NCBI GenBank assembly: GCA_965644295.1 | Contig: CBFFRP010000667.1 | Location: 1-46,092, forward strand | Direction of reading: 5' to 3' | DNA: 46,092 bases | Origin: Paraphysomonas bandaiensis | Lineage: Eukaryota > Protista > Chrysophyceae | Shown: positions 1-13,975 of the stretch, piece after piece | Position numbering within the stretch: the first letter of the stretch is position 1 | Layout: every line of letters starts with the position of its first letter | The notes under the pieces: model-generated | Databases searched by the model: none | What the model was told of the DNA's origin: nothing | What the model saw: only the letters and a program-made list of their open reading frames with translations | Position numbers and translations under genes: made by a program

Positions 1-3000
1 CGGTGATTGGACTGACCGTGACGGGAGTCGACTCCACACTACTGGATTCCGAACTACTCGAGTCTGTATCACTGTTGCTGCTCCTACTACTGTCAACATC
101 AAAACTGGTGTGACGCACATCCTCCGGCTCATGTACGGAGGTGCTATCATCAACTGAACCATCGATATGCCCCGATGCAGAAACAATATTGTCTTCCTGT
201 TGTCCAGATGAACCAACAGAAACCTTCATATCCTCCGATACACTCGGAACAGATGGTATAGGTGACGCTACTGCGATCGATCTATCGACATCCTCATTCG
301 TGGAATGAGTCGTTAATGGAAAGGATGGTGCTGCCTCCATACTGTCTTCGAAGCTGCTATCAAGATTGATCACGGTGTCACCGGCATTATTTACTGGTGT
401 GCTTGAACTCGAAGGCTTTACTGGAGTCGATACCCCAGATGTTTCACCATCAAGCCGATCGTGTGCATTATACTCCTCCGGTACTATACACGTAGAGGAA
501 CCACCTTTGTCAATCTCCGGTGATTGGACTGACCTGACGGGAGTCGACTCCACACTACTGGATTCCGAACTACTCGAGTCTGTATCACTGTTGCTGCTCC
601 TACTACCGTCAACATCAAAACTGGTGTGACGCACATCCTCCGGCTCATGTACGGAGGTGCTATCATCAACTGAACCATCGATATGCCCCGATGCAGAAAC
701 AATATTGTCTTCCTGTTGTCCAGATGAACCAACAGAAACCTTCATATCCTCCGATACACTCGGAACAGATGGTATAGGTGACGCTACTGCGATCGATCTA
801 TCGACATCCTCATTCGTGGAATGAGTCGTTAATGGAAAGGATGGTGCTGCCTCCATACTGTCTTCGAAGCTGCTATCAAGATTGATCACGGTGTCACCGG
901 CATTATTTACTGGTGTGCTTGAACTCGAAGGCTTTACTGGAGTCGATACCCCAGATGTTTCACCGTCAAGCCGATCGTGTGCATTATACTCCTCCGGTAC
1001 TATACACGTAGAGGAACCACCTTTGTCAATCTCCGGTGATTGGACTGACCTGACGGGAGTCGACTCCACACTACTGGATTCCGAACTACTCGAGTCTGTA
1101 TCACTGTTGCTGCTCCTACTACCGTCAACATCAAAACTGGTGTGACGCACATCCTCCGGCTCATGTACGGAGGTGCTATCATCAACTGAACCATCGATAT
1201 GCCCCGATGCAGAAACAATATTGTCTTCCTGTTGTCCAGATGAACCAACAGAAACCTTCATATCCTCCGATACACTCGGAACAGATGGTATAGGTGACGC
1301 TACTGCGATCGATCTATCGACATCCTCATTCGTGGAATGAGTCGTTAATGGAAAGGATGGTGCTGCCTCCATACTGTCTTCGAAGCTGCTATCAAGATTG
1401 ATCACGGTGTCACCGGCATTATTTACTGGTGTGCTTGAACTCGAAGGCTTTACTGGAGTCGATACCCCAGATGTTTCACCGTCAAGCCGATCGTGTGCAT
1501 TATACTCCTCCGGTACTATACACGTAGAGGAACCACCTTTGTCAATCTCCGGTGATTGGACTGACCTGACGGGAGTCGACTCCACACTACTGGATTCCGA
1601 ACTACTCGAGTCTGTATCACTGTTACTGCTCCTACTACCGTCAACATCAAAACTGGTGTGACGCACATCCTCCGGCTCATGTACGGAGGTGCTATCATCA
1701 ACTGAACCATCGATATGCCCCGATGCAGAAACAATATTGTCTTCCTGTTGTCCAGATGAACCAACAGAAACCTTCATATCCTCCGATACACTCGGAACAG
1801 ATGGTATAGGTGACGCTACTGCGATCGATCTATCGACATCCTCATTCGTGGAATGAGTCGTTAATGGAAAGGATGGTGCTGCCTCCATACTGTCTTCGAA
1901 GCTGCTATCAAGATTGATCACGGTGTCACCGGCATTATTTACTGGTGTGCTTGAACTCGAAGGCTTTACTGGAGTCGATACCCCAGATGTTTCACCGTCA
2001 AGCCGATCGTGTGCATTATACTCCTCCGGTACTATACACGTAGAGGAACCACCTTTGTCAATCTCCGGTGATTGGACTGACCTGACGGGAGTCGACTCCA
2101 CACTACTGGATTCCGAACTACTCGAGTCTGTATCACTGTTGCTGCTCCTACTACCGTCAACATCAAAACTGGTGTGACGCACATCCTCCGGCTCATGTAC
2201 GGAGGTGCTATCATCAACTGAACCATCGATATGCCCCGATGCAGAAACAATATTGTCTTCCTGTTGTCCAGATGAACCAACAGAAACCTTCATATCCTCC
2301 GATACACTCGGAACAGATGGTATAGGTGACGCTACTGCGATCGATCTATCGACATCCTCATTCGTGGAATGAGTCGTTAATGGAAAGGATGGTGCTGCCT
2401 CCATACTGTCTTCGAAGCTGCTATCAAGATTGATCACGGTGTCACCGGCATTATTTACTGGTGTGCTTGAACTCGAAGGCTTTACTGGAGTCGATACCCC
2501 AGATGTTTCACCATCAAGCCGATCGTGTGCATTATACTCCTCCGGTACTATACACGTAGAGGAACCACCTTTGTCAATCTCCGGTGATTGGACTGACCTG
2601 ACGGGAGTCGACTCCACACTACTGGATTCCGAACTACTCGAGTCTGTATCACTGTTGCTGCTCCTACTACCGTCAACATCAAAACTGGTGTGACGCACAT
2701 CCTCCGGCTCATGTACGGAGGTGCTATCATCAACTGAACCATCGATATGCCCCGATGCAGAAACAATATTGTCTTCCTGTTGTCCAGATGAACCAACAGA
2801 AACCTTCATATCCTCCGATACACTCGGAACAGATGGTATAGGTGACGCTACTGCGATCGATCTATCGACATCCTCATTCGTGGAATGAGTCGTTAATGGA
2901 AAGGATGGTGCTGCCTCCATACTGTCTTCGAAGCTGCTATCAAGATTGATCACGGTGTCACCGGCATTATTTACTGGTGTGCTTGAACTCGAAGGCTTTA

Positions 3001-6000
3001 CTGGAGTCGATACCCCAGATGTTTCACCATCAAGCCGATCGTGTGCATTATACTCCTCCGGTACTATACACGTAGAGGAACCACCTTTGTCAATCTCCGG
3101 TGATTGGACTGACCTGACGGGAGTCGACTCCACACTACTGGATTCCGAACTACTCGAGTCTGTATCACTGTTGCTGCTCCTACTACCGTCAACATCAAAA
3201 CTGGTGTGACGCACATCCTCCGGCTCATGTACGGAGGTGCTATCATCAACTGAACCATCGATATGCCCCGATGCAGAAACAATATTGTCTTCCTGTTGTC
3301 CAGATGAACCAACAGAAACCTTCATATCCTCCGATACACTCGGAACAGATGGTATAGGTGACGCTACTGCGATCGATCTATCGACATCCTCATTCGTGGA
3401 ATGAGTCGTTAATGGAAAGGATGGTGCTGCCTCCATACTGTCTTCGAAGCTGCTATCAAGATTGATCACGGTGTCACCGGCATTATTTACTGGTGTGCTT
3501 GAACTCGAAGGCTTTACTGGAGTCGATACCCCAGATGTTTCACCATCAAGCCGATCGTGTGCATTATACTCCTCCGGTACTATACACGTAGAGGAACCAC
3601 CTTTGTCAATCTCCGGTGATTGGACTGACCTGACGGGAGTCGACTCCACACTACTGGATTCCGAACTACTCGAGTCTGTATCACTGTTGCTGCTCCTACT
3701 ACCGTCAACATCAAAACTGGTGTGACGCACATCCTCCGGCTCATGTACGGAGGTGCTATCATCAACTGAACCATCGATATGCCCCGATGCAGAAACAATA
3801 TTGTCTTCCTGTTGTCCAGATGAACCAACAGAAACCTTCATATCCTCCGATACACTCGGAACAGATGGTATAGGTGACGCTACTGCGATCGATCTATCGA
3901 CATCCTCATTCGTGGAATGAGTCGTTAATGGAAAGGATGGTGCTGCCTCCATACTGTCTTCGAAGCTGCTATCAAGATTGATCACGGTGTCACCGGCATT
4001 ATTTACTGGTGTGCTTGAACTCGAAGGCTTTACTGGAGTCGATACCCCAGATGTTTCACCATCAAGCCGATCGTGTGCATTATACTCCTCCGGTACTATA
4101 CACGTAGAGGAACCACCTTTGTCAATCTCCGGTGATTGGACTGACCTGACGGGAGTCGACTCCACACTACTGGATTCCGAACTACTCGAGTCTGTATCAC
4201 TGTTGCTGCTCCTACTACCGTCAACATCAAAACTGGTGTGACGCACATCCTCCGGCTCATGTACGGAGGTGCTATCATCAACTGAACCATCGATATGCCC
4301 CGATGCAGAAACAATATTGTCTTCCTGTTGTCCAGATGAACCAACAGAAACCTTCATATCCTCCGATACACTCGGAACAGATGGTATAGGTGACGCTACT
4401 GCGATCGATCTATCGACATCCTCATTCGTGGAATGAGTCGTTAATGGAAAGGATGGTGCTGCCTCCATACTGTCTTCGAAGCTGCTATCAAGATTGATCA
4501 CGGTGTCACCGGCATTATTTACTGGTGTGCTTGAACTCGAAGGCTTTACTGGAGTCGATACCCCAGATGTTTCACCATCAAGCCGATCGTGTGCATTATA
4601 CTCCTCCGGTACTATACACGTAGAGGAACCACCTTTGTCAATCTCCGGTGATTGGACTGACCTGACGGGAGTCGACTCCACACTACTGGATTCCGAACTA
4701 CTCGAGTCTGTATCACTGTTGCTGCTCCTACTACCGTCAACATCAAAACTGGTGTGACGCACATCCTCCGGCTCATGTACGGAGGTGCTATCATCAACTG
4801 AACCATCGATATGCCCCGATGCAGAAACAATATTGTCTTCCTGTTGTCCAGATGAACCAACAGAAACCTTCATATCCTCCGATACACTCGGAACAGATGG
4901 TATAGGTGACGCTACTGCGATCGATCTATCGACATCCTCATTCGTGGAATGAGTCGTTAATGGAAAGGATGGTGCTGCCTCCATACTGTCTTCGAAGCTG
5001 CTATCAAGATTGATCACGGTGTCACCGGCATTATTTACTGGTGTGCTTGAACTCGAAGGCTTTACTGGAGTCGATACCCCAGATGTTTCACCATCAAGCC
5101 GATCGTGTGCATTATACTCCTCCGGTACTATACACGTAGAGGAACCACCTTTGTCAATCTCCGGTGATTGGACTGACCTGACGGGAGTCGACTCCACACT
5201 ACTGGATTCCGAACTACTCGAGTCTGTATCACTGTTGCTGCTCCTACTACCGTCAACATCAAAACTGGTGTGACGCACATCCTCCGGCTCATGTACGGAG
5301 GTGCTATCATCAACTGAACCATCGATATGCCCCGATGCAGAAACAATATTGTCTTCCTGTTGTCCAGATGAACCAACAGAAACCTTCATATCCTCCGATA
5401 CACTCGGAACAGATGGTATAGGTGACGCTACTGCGATCGATCTATCGACATCCTCATTCGTGGAATGAGTCGTTAATGGAAAGGATGGTGCTGCCTCCAT
5501 ACTGTCTTCGAAGCTGCTATCAAGATTGATCACGGTGTCACCGGCATTATTTACTGGTGTGCTTGAACTCGAAGGCTTTACTGGAGTCGATACCCCAGAT
5601 GTTTCACCGTCAAGCCGATCGTGTGCATTATACTCCTCCGGTACTATACACGTAGAGGAACCACCTTTGTCAATCTCCGGTGATTGGACTGACCTGACGG
5701 GAGTCGACTCCACACTACTGGATTCCGAACTACTCGAGTCTGTATCACTGTTGCTGCTCCTACTACCGTCAACATCAAAACTGGTGTGACGCACATCCTC
5801 CGGCTCATGTACGGAGGTGCTATCATCAACTGAACCATCGATATGCCCCGATGCAGAAACAATATTGTCTTCCTGTTGTCCAGATGAACCAACAGAAACC
5901 TTCATATCCTCCGATACACTCGGAACAGATGGTATAGGTGACGCTACTGCGATCGATCTATCGACATCCTCATTCGTGGAATGAGTCGTTAATGGAAAGG

Positions 6001-9000
6001 ATGGTGCTGCCTCCATACTGTCTTCGAAGCTGCTATCAAGATTGATCACGGTGTCACCGGCATTATTTACTGGTGTGCTTGAACTCGAAGGCTTTACTGG
6101 AGTCGATACCCCAGATGTTTCACCGTCAAGCCGATCGTGTGCATTATACTCCTCCGGTACTATACACGTAGAGGAACCACCTTTGTCAATCTCCGGTGAT
6201 TGGACTGACCTGACGGGAGTCGACTCCACACTACTGGATTCCGAACTACTCGAGTCTGTATCACTGTTGCTGCTCCTACTACCGTCAACATCAAAACTGG
6301 TGTGACGCACATCCTCCGGCTCATGTACGGAGGTGCTATCATCAACTGAACCATCGATATGCCCCGATGCAGAAACAATATTGTCTTCCTGTTGTCCAGA
6401 TGAACCAACAGAAACCTTCATATCCTCCGATACACTCGGAACAGATGGTATAGGTGACGCTACTGCGATCGATCTATCGACATCCTCATTCGTGGAATGA
6501 GTCGTTAATGGAAAGGATGGTGCTGCCTCCATACTGTCTTCGAAGCTGCTATCAAGATTGATCACGGTGTCACCGGCATTATTTACTGGTGTGCTTGAAC
6601 TCGAAGGCTTTACTGGAGTCGATACCCCAGATGTTTCACCATCAAGCCGATCGTGTGCATTATACTCCTCCGGTACTATACACGTAGAGGAACCACCTTT
6701 GTCAATCTCCGGTGATTGGACTGACCTGACGGGAGTCGACTCCACACTACTGGATTCCGAACTACTCGAGTCTGTATCACTGTTGCTGCTCCTACTACCG
6801 TCAACATCAAAACTGGTGTGACGCACATCCTCCGGCTCATGTACGGAGGTGCTATCATCAACTGAACCATCGATATGCCCCGATGCAGAAACAATATTGT
6901 CTTCCTGTTGTCCAGATGAACCAACAGAAACCTTCATATCCTCCGATACACTCGGAACAGATGGTATAGGTGACGCTACTGCGATCGATCTATCGACATC
7001 CTCATTCGTGGAATGAGTCGTTAATGGAAAGGATGGTGCTGCCTCCATACTGTCTTCGAAGCTGCTATCAAGATTGATCACGGTGTCACCGGCATTATTT
7101 ACTGGTGTGCTTGAACTCGAAGGCTTTACTGGAGTCGATACCCCAGATGTTTCACCATCAAGCCGATCGTGTGCATTATACTCCTCCGGTACTATACACG
7201 TAGAGGAACCACCTTTGTCAATCTCCGGTGATTGGACTGACCTGACGGGAGTCGACTCCACACTACTGGATTCCGAACTACTCGAGTCTGTATCACTGTT
7301 GCTGCTCCTACTACCGTCAACATCAAAACTGGTGTGACGCACATCCTCCGGCTCATGTACGGAGGTGCTATCATCAACTGAACCATCGATATGCCCCGAT
7401 GCAGAAACAATATTGTCTTCCTGTTGTCCAGATGAACCAACAGAAACCTTCATATCCTCCGATACACTCGGAACAGATGGTATAGGTGACGCTACTGCGA
7501 TCGATCTATCGACATCCTCATTCGTGGAATGAGTCGTTAATGGAAAGGATGGTGCTGCCTCCATACTGTCTTCGAAGCTGCTATCAAGATTGATCACGGT
7601 GTCACCGGCATTATTTACTGGTGTGCTTGAACTCGAAGGCTTTACTGGAGTCGATACCCCAGATGTTTCACCATCAAGCCGATCGTGTGCATTATACTCC
7701 TCCGGTACTATACACGTAGAGGAACCACCTTTGTCAATCTCCGGTGATTGGACTGACCTGACGGGAGTCGACTCCACACTACTGGATTCCGAACTACTCG
7801 AGTCTGTATCACTGTTGCTGCTCCTACTACCGTCAACATCAAAACTGGTGTGACGCACATCCTCCGGCTCATGTACGGAGGTGCTATCATCAACTGAACC
7901 ATCGATATGCCCCGATGCAGAAACAATATTGTCTTCCTGTTGTCCAGATGAACCAACAGAAACCTTCATATCCTCCGATACACTCGGAACAGATGGTATA
8001 GGTGACGCTACTGCGATCGATCTATCGACATCCTCATTCGTGGAATGAGTCGTTAATGGAAAGGATGGTGCTGCCTCCATACTGTCTTCGAAGCTGCTAT
8101 CAAGATTGATCACGGTGTCACCGGCATTATTTACTGGTGTGCTTGAACTCGAAGGCTTTACTGGAGTCGATACCCCAGATGTTTCACCATCAAGCCGATC
8201 GTGTGCATTATACTCCTCCGGTACTATACACGTAGAGGAACCACCTTTGTCAATCTCCGGTGATTGGACTGACCTGACGGGAGTCGACTCCACACTACTG
8301 GATTCCGAACTACTCGAGTCTGTATCACTGTTGCTGCTCCTACTACCGTCAACATCAAAACTGGTGTGACGCACATCCTCCGGCTCATGTACGGAGGTGC
8401 TATCATCAACTGAACCATCGATATGCCCCGATGCAGAAACAATATTGTCTTCCTGTTGTCCAGATGAACCAACAGAAACCTTCATATCCTCCGATACACT
8501 CGGAACAGATGGTATAGGTGACGCTACTGCGATCGATCTATCGACATCCTCATTCGTGGAATGAGTCGTTAATGGAAAGGATGGTGCTGCCTCCATACTG
8601 TCTTCGAAGCTGCTATCAAGATTGATCACGGTGTCACCGGCATTATTTACTGGTGTGCTTGAACTCGAAGGCTTTACTGGAGTCGATAACCCAGATGTTT
8701 CACCATCAAGCCGATCGTGTGCATTATACTCCTCCGGTACTATACACGTAGAGGAACCACCTTTGTCAATCTCCGGTGATTGGACTGACCTGACGGGAGT
8801 CGACTCCACACTACTGGATTCCGAACTACTCGAGTCTGTATCACTGTTACTGCTCCTACTACCGTCAACATCAAAACTGGTGTGACGCACATCCTCCGGC
8901 TCATGTACGGAGGTGCTATCATCAACTGAACCATCGATATGCCCCGATGCAGAAACAATATTGTCTTCCTGTTGTCCAGATGAACCAACAGAAACCTTCA

Positions 9001-9828
9001 TATCCTCCGATACACTCGGAACAGATGGTATAGGTGACGCTACTGCGATCGATCTATCGACATCCTCATTCGTGGAATGAGTCGTTAATGGAAAGGATGG
9101 TGCTGCCTCCATACTGTCTTCGAAGCTGCTATCAAGATTGATCACGGTGTCACCGGCATTATTTACTGGTGTGCTTGAACTCGAAGGCTTTACTGGAGTC
9201 GATACCCCAGATGTTTCACCATCAAGCCGATCGTGTGCATTATACTCCTCCGGTACTATACACGTAGAGGAACCACCTTTGTCAATCTCCGGTGATTGGA
9301 CTGACCTGACGGGAGTCGACTCCACACTACTGGATTCCGAACTACTCGAGTCTGTATCACTGTTGCTGCTCCTACTACCGTCAACATCAAAACTGGTGTG
9401 ACGCACATCCTCCGGCTCATGTACGGAGGTGCTATCATCAACTGAACCATCGATATGCCCCGATGCAGAAACAATATTGTCTTCCTGTTGTCCAGATGAA
9501 CCAACAGAAACCTTCATATCCTCCGATACACTCGGAACAGATGGTATAGGTGACGCTACTGCGATCGATCTATCGACATCCTCATTCGTGGAATGAGTCG
9601 TTAATGGAAAGGATGGTGCTGCCTCCATACTGTCTTCGAAGCTGCTATCAAGATTGATCACGGTGTCACCGGCATTATTTACTGGTGTGCTTGAACTCGA
9701 AGGCTTTACTGGAGTCGATACCCCAGATGTTTCACCATCAAGCCGATCGTGTGCATTATACTCCTCCGGTACTATACACGTAGAGGAACCACCTTTGTCA
9801 ATCTCCGGTGATTGGACTGACCTGACGG
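1..9828 (-). repeat. 516-bp tandem repeat, ~19 copies, coding (172 aa per unit)
   Basis: Period 516 bp (ORF track repeats at 366, 882, 1398...). Unit translation: VRSVQSPEIDKGGSSTCIVPEEYNAHDRLDGETSGVSTPVKPSSSSTPVNNAGDTVINLDSSFEDSMEAAPSFPLTTHSTNEDVDRSIAVASPIPSVPSVSEDMKVSVGSSGQQEDNIVSASGHIDGSVDDSTSVHEPEDVRHTSFDVDGSRSSNSDTDSSSSESSSVESTP. The array ends at cctgacgg|ct (9828). Confidence 0.97.
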
Positions 9829-12800
9829 CTTTAGGGTGTGCTGCGTTATTTTCATGTTGGTAGAGAATCGTTTCGATATTTTGTGTCTGTTTACTAAATA
9901 AATTCATATAGATTTGTATTTTGTGGGAGCATACCTCCTTATTGATGTCTGATATTATTTTTTGCAAATTAGCGATTTCTGAAATATGGATTAGATTCGG
10001 GCAGTGTACTTGTTATTATGCATTTAACCTGATCGTTCTCTGTCCATCTGCACCCGCAAAGCAGAGATTTGGGAGTTAATACTTCTTGAGAGCTCCTGCT
10101 GGCTTTGCGCAAACCTTATTTCTACATTAGACATCATGTCGCGATGTTGACTGGAGGTGCGCGCCAAATACTCGATTTTCTCCTGCATTTGATTGACAGA
10201 GCTAATATATGACGTCAAGTTTGAAGATGTGTTTGATAGTATCGTGTTAATATCTTCAACATTTTTACATATTGAAGAATTTTCTTCACCAAAAGTCTTC
10301 TCTACCATTGCTATCTTTGACATTAACTTGCGTTCAAACAACTCATTGAAGCCTCTCGTCTCCCTTGCTGATGTACATATCGTTGATTCCGCCTTCCCGA
10401 CTCGATCCAAAATCTTTACGTCAGCCGCTTTTAACTCATCAATGCAAGCGGTTACGGATAGGAGCTGGTCCTTGCTGTTGAAGACGTTGTTTTCAATTTT
10501 CTGCTGAGCAACTAGCAAGTCATCCACCTGCAATTTATTAAGTGATGTTCTATCTGTAATATATAAAAAATATATTTGGTAAATTCAATGAATATATTCT
10601 CGTATGAACAAAATCTATCAGATTTGTTTAGGTGAAACTACCTGACCAATCAAAGGTTCCACACGGCAAATACGCCCTTTCAGCTCAGCCATCTGTCAAC
10701 CACCTTACTATCCTGACGTCAATATTAGTGTAGGCAATACCTCATTGCTCTTCACAGTAGTATTCTGAATTTTCGAGACACTGGACTCTAACTCTCTTAC
10801 ATTACTCCTATAATGACATGAGAACTACATCTACAATCTATAGGATATTTGTACCTTAACGACGTAAATTGCATGACCAGTCCGTCTAGTTTACCGGCAT
10901 TGCTTTGAAGACGTTTAATTTCTGGGGAGGCAGAAAAATGCTCATCAAAAGCACGTTTCGATGTATTAACCCTCTCAACAACTGAGTCAACGACCTCCTT
11001 CAGAGAGGCTATTCGAGTAGCAATTTCCTCACACTTCACGCCTGAGACTCGCTCAATCTCAGAAAGTTTATTGCATACTTCACTTTCAAACCGACAGTGT
11101 CTGTAAATATAATGAGCAATACTGGATGAGTCTGAAAATGTATTCTACAACCGAATATGATGTTTCTTTTCTTCGTCCTGTACGTGTATTTCTAACTCAG
11201 TTGTACGGGTTTTAATGGTGCTCATATGCACAGCGGACAAGTTCAGACATTCGTTTAACTTCCGTTCAAGCATCTGATATTCAATGGCGGTAGTTTTGGC
11301 TTTAACATCAAGCGATTCTTGAATTGATGATACGACGGATGATAATTCAGCAATCCTGATGACATTATCAAACTTTCGCATAAAAATACACATATAACTG
11401 GTGTAATACGCACTGGATATACGCACCTGTCAAACATAATTTTTAACAGCCGATCTTTTTCGGTGACACCCATATTGTAGCGTGCTATCGCCAATGCAGT
11501 ATCTGAACCAAACGAATAGATTTCACTCCCATTCTCTGGCTGTGTATACTGGGAATCATGTTCATTTAAACGTCTCAAATATTGCGTCATATCAGCCCTT
11601 ATTTCTTCCCTCGCATCTCGAATATGAGAGCGAAGGCTTGCCAACATTTGCAATTCTATCTGCAACAACATGAAATTACGCAAATACGATTGACCTTTTG
11701 TAAAATATATGAAATTGCAGTAGTCATTTCCTGAGCCATTCGATGAATGCATACCTTTTGTTGTATATCCGTTTCCATAGACCGGACCGCAGTAAAAGCA
11801 GCACCTTTGAGTAGATGTTCCGAGGGAAGGAGTGCCTCAAAGTATTTTTTAACCTATTGACCAGTTGAAGTTAACCACATAATATATCAACACATACACA
11901 TCCGCGATGCGCTACTAAACTCTTTGCGAGCAATCTACGAGCAATACACATATTCGGACATCCATAAAGGACTAATTGTACAGTACTAATATACCTCAGC
12001 ATCTTCTAGTGAATCCCTCATGGTCTGATTTGGGACAATATTATTAACTTTGATGGCAGCCACTCGCTGCTCTAATTGTTTCACGGCAAGCTCAACTTTA
12101 TCATGCCATATTCCCAGTGCTGCTGTCACATTCTGTTCAGTACTTATCTGTAAACAACAACCATAAACAAAAATTACTCGATAATACACGCCCCGAACAT
12201 ATGAAGATGAACTAGAATGCACGAGAAACCTTACATTCAGCCGATCGCGAAGACTTTCTAAGTCAGCTCTTGTCACTTGATCAGATAGAGTGCGCTTGAC
12301 ACAAATCATTACATGTAAAGTCACTGGACGGAATATACCAAACCTTTGTCTCAACTAGCATCTCATTCATTGTCCTATACGCAAAAGTCGAACAATTATA
12401 TTTATTTCAAGTTTAGATCGTGAACACCACCATACAAAGTACTTAGGTTACTGAATATTGATCACATACTATGGCCAAGTAGATTACATACTTGTTATCA
12501 GCGGTGATATCCGCAATTTGCCGGGCAATATCAGTTCTCCATTTCTCATTCTGCTTCATCCATGTACTAAATTTGGAAACCGTGCTAACATAATGATTAC
12601 GTCACGAAGTAATATCGATTGATCAATTCAGTGAAAGTATTACGCAAAAAAACGCTGCCAATACTACCTTCTGCGAGAGTCTATGTCGCGTTGTAAGACT
12701 TCTATTAATGATTGATGGTTGGTGCTTTGACTTGAGAGTCCGTCCAACCCAAGTCGTGTATCTTTTAACTCCTTAGTCAAAATATCCACCTGAAACGTCA

Positions 12801-13355
12801 TAAGCAAAACACAATTCAAAGCTGCGGAAAAACTGAATAAATATATGCACACATATAAAAGGATATACGAAAGAGACTTTCATCACGTAAACACTTACCA
12901 CAGACTTTAAATGCAGTAAAGAACTCTCCACTTCTTTCAGGCGATCTTCATTTTCGTTTTTGGTTTCAAGCTTCATCTCAATAATCGACAAACGACTCAA
13001 AATATCATCTGTCGCACTTTGTTTCGTTTCATTGGAGACCAGCTGCTGGTTATCATCAGGACGCGACGGAGGGGTGCTTTTATTCACTCTTAAATGAACA
13101 TCATTTCCGAGCACATCTTCGTTCCTGCAATCCGCAGGAGTTGTTGAAGAGTATCTACAAAATCATGTTACATAGAAACGCTCTCTAAACCCAAACAACT
13201 CACGTGGTCTGTTCATAAGGCGGTGGATCCATACCACCTGACGAATACCTCTGAGATATCAGACTCATACTCCGACGAGTGCGGTTTACTATCTCCGAAA
13301 TATTGGGTTCCAAGTTTCCACGACTGCGATAATGAGATGGGTATCTTCTATCCAT
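1..13355 (-). CDS. Giant multi-exon protein: N-terminal coiled-coil region plus >=19 tandem 172-aa Ser/Asp/Glu/Pro-rich repeats; 3' end lies outside the window
   Basis: ATG at 13355 (MDRRYPSHYRSRGNLEPNISEIV...). Exon 1 splices via a GT..AG intron (13203-13155) in frame into the 12773..13114 ORF. Heptad-rich exon ORFs at 12664-12852, 11986-12354, 11255-11752, 10797-11039 and 10024-10533 (these middle junctions were not all traced). Introns 10028-9979 and 9934-9887 join ...RERSE-IANLQKIISDINKE-TQNIETILYQHENNAAHPKA-VRSVQSPE... in frame into the repeat array. One minus-strand frame has no stop in the 516-bp unit. The ORF track misses it because it has no stop in the window. Confidence 0.78.
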
Positions 13356-13975
13356 TGGCTTCGTTTATATCGCAGCAGGTTAGACGAATATCAATAAACA
13401 GGACAGGCTGTCATTATAGGCCCCTGTGGACCATACGGTTAGCTATGACCCACTACAGTCGATAGTGCATTGACTTCATTCTTCGAGAACTTTCACTTCA
13501 TTTCATATAGATAAGTGGAGAAGAACACAACAAGGCTACATACACCATCATAGTTCAGCGGTATATTCCCACTTCTTTTCAAATTATACAGCCAAATATA
13601 CGCATTTATCTTTGACAAAAACCATTGCAACTACAGTTGTCAAATAAAAATATAGTATTCATAATTAGAACGTTTTGATTGGCTATAAGGAATGTTTGGT
13701 TATCTTACTTTAAAACATGGTTTTATGTATGGCTGCGTCGTATATCACTGTAACATCGTAACACCAGTCAGGCAGCCATACCCATGACCATTCAACAAGT
13801 CAGTATTCGATATATTGCGTGAGTGTTGTGTGTAATGAAAAGGCTTATAATTATTACGTGTGTATTGGCCGTGTCCCTTCCATGTGGTGTGTCAAGAACT
13901 TACAAATCAATATGCGAATCGGTAGTATTGTCGTTCTATTGATGACTATTACATAACACATTTGTATCCGTGTAA

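Noticed and set aside
1-9828. CRISPR, rDNA or centromeric satellite interpretation
   Set aside because: No spacers and no rRNA motifs; the unit is an exact codon multiple with an open frame and an in-frame splice acceptor.
366-9863. Repeated 87-aa (+) and 82-aa (-) ORFs in the ORF track
   Set aside because: Shadow frames of the 516-bp unit; the stop-free minus frame spliced to upstream exons explains the region better.
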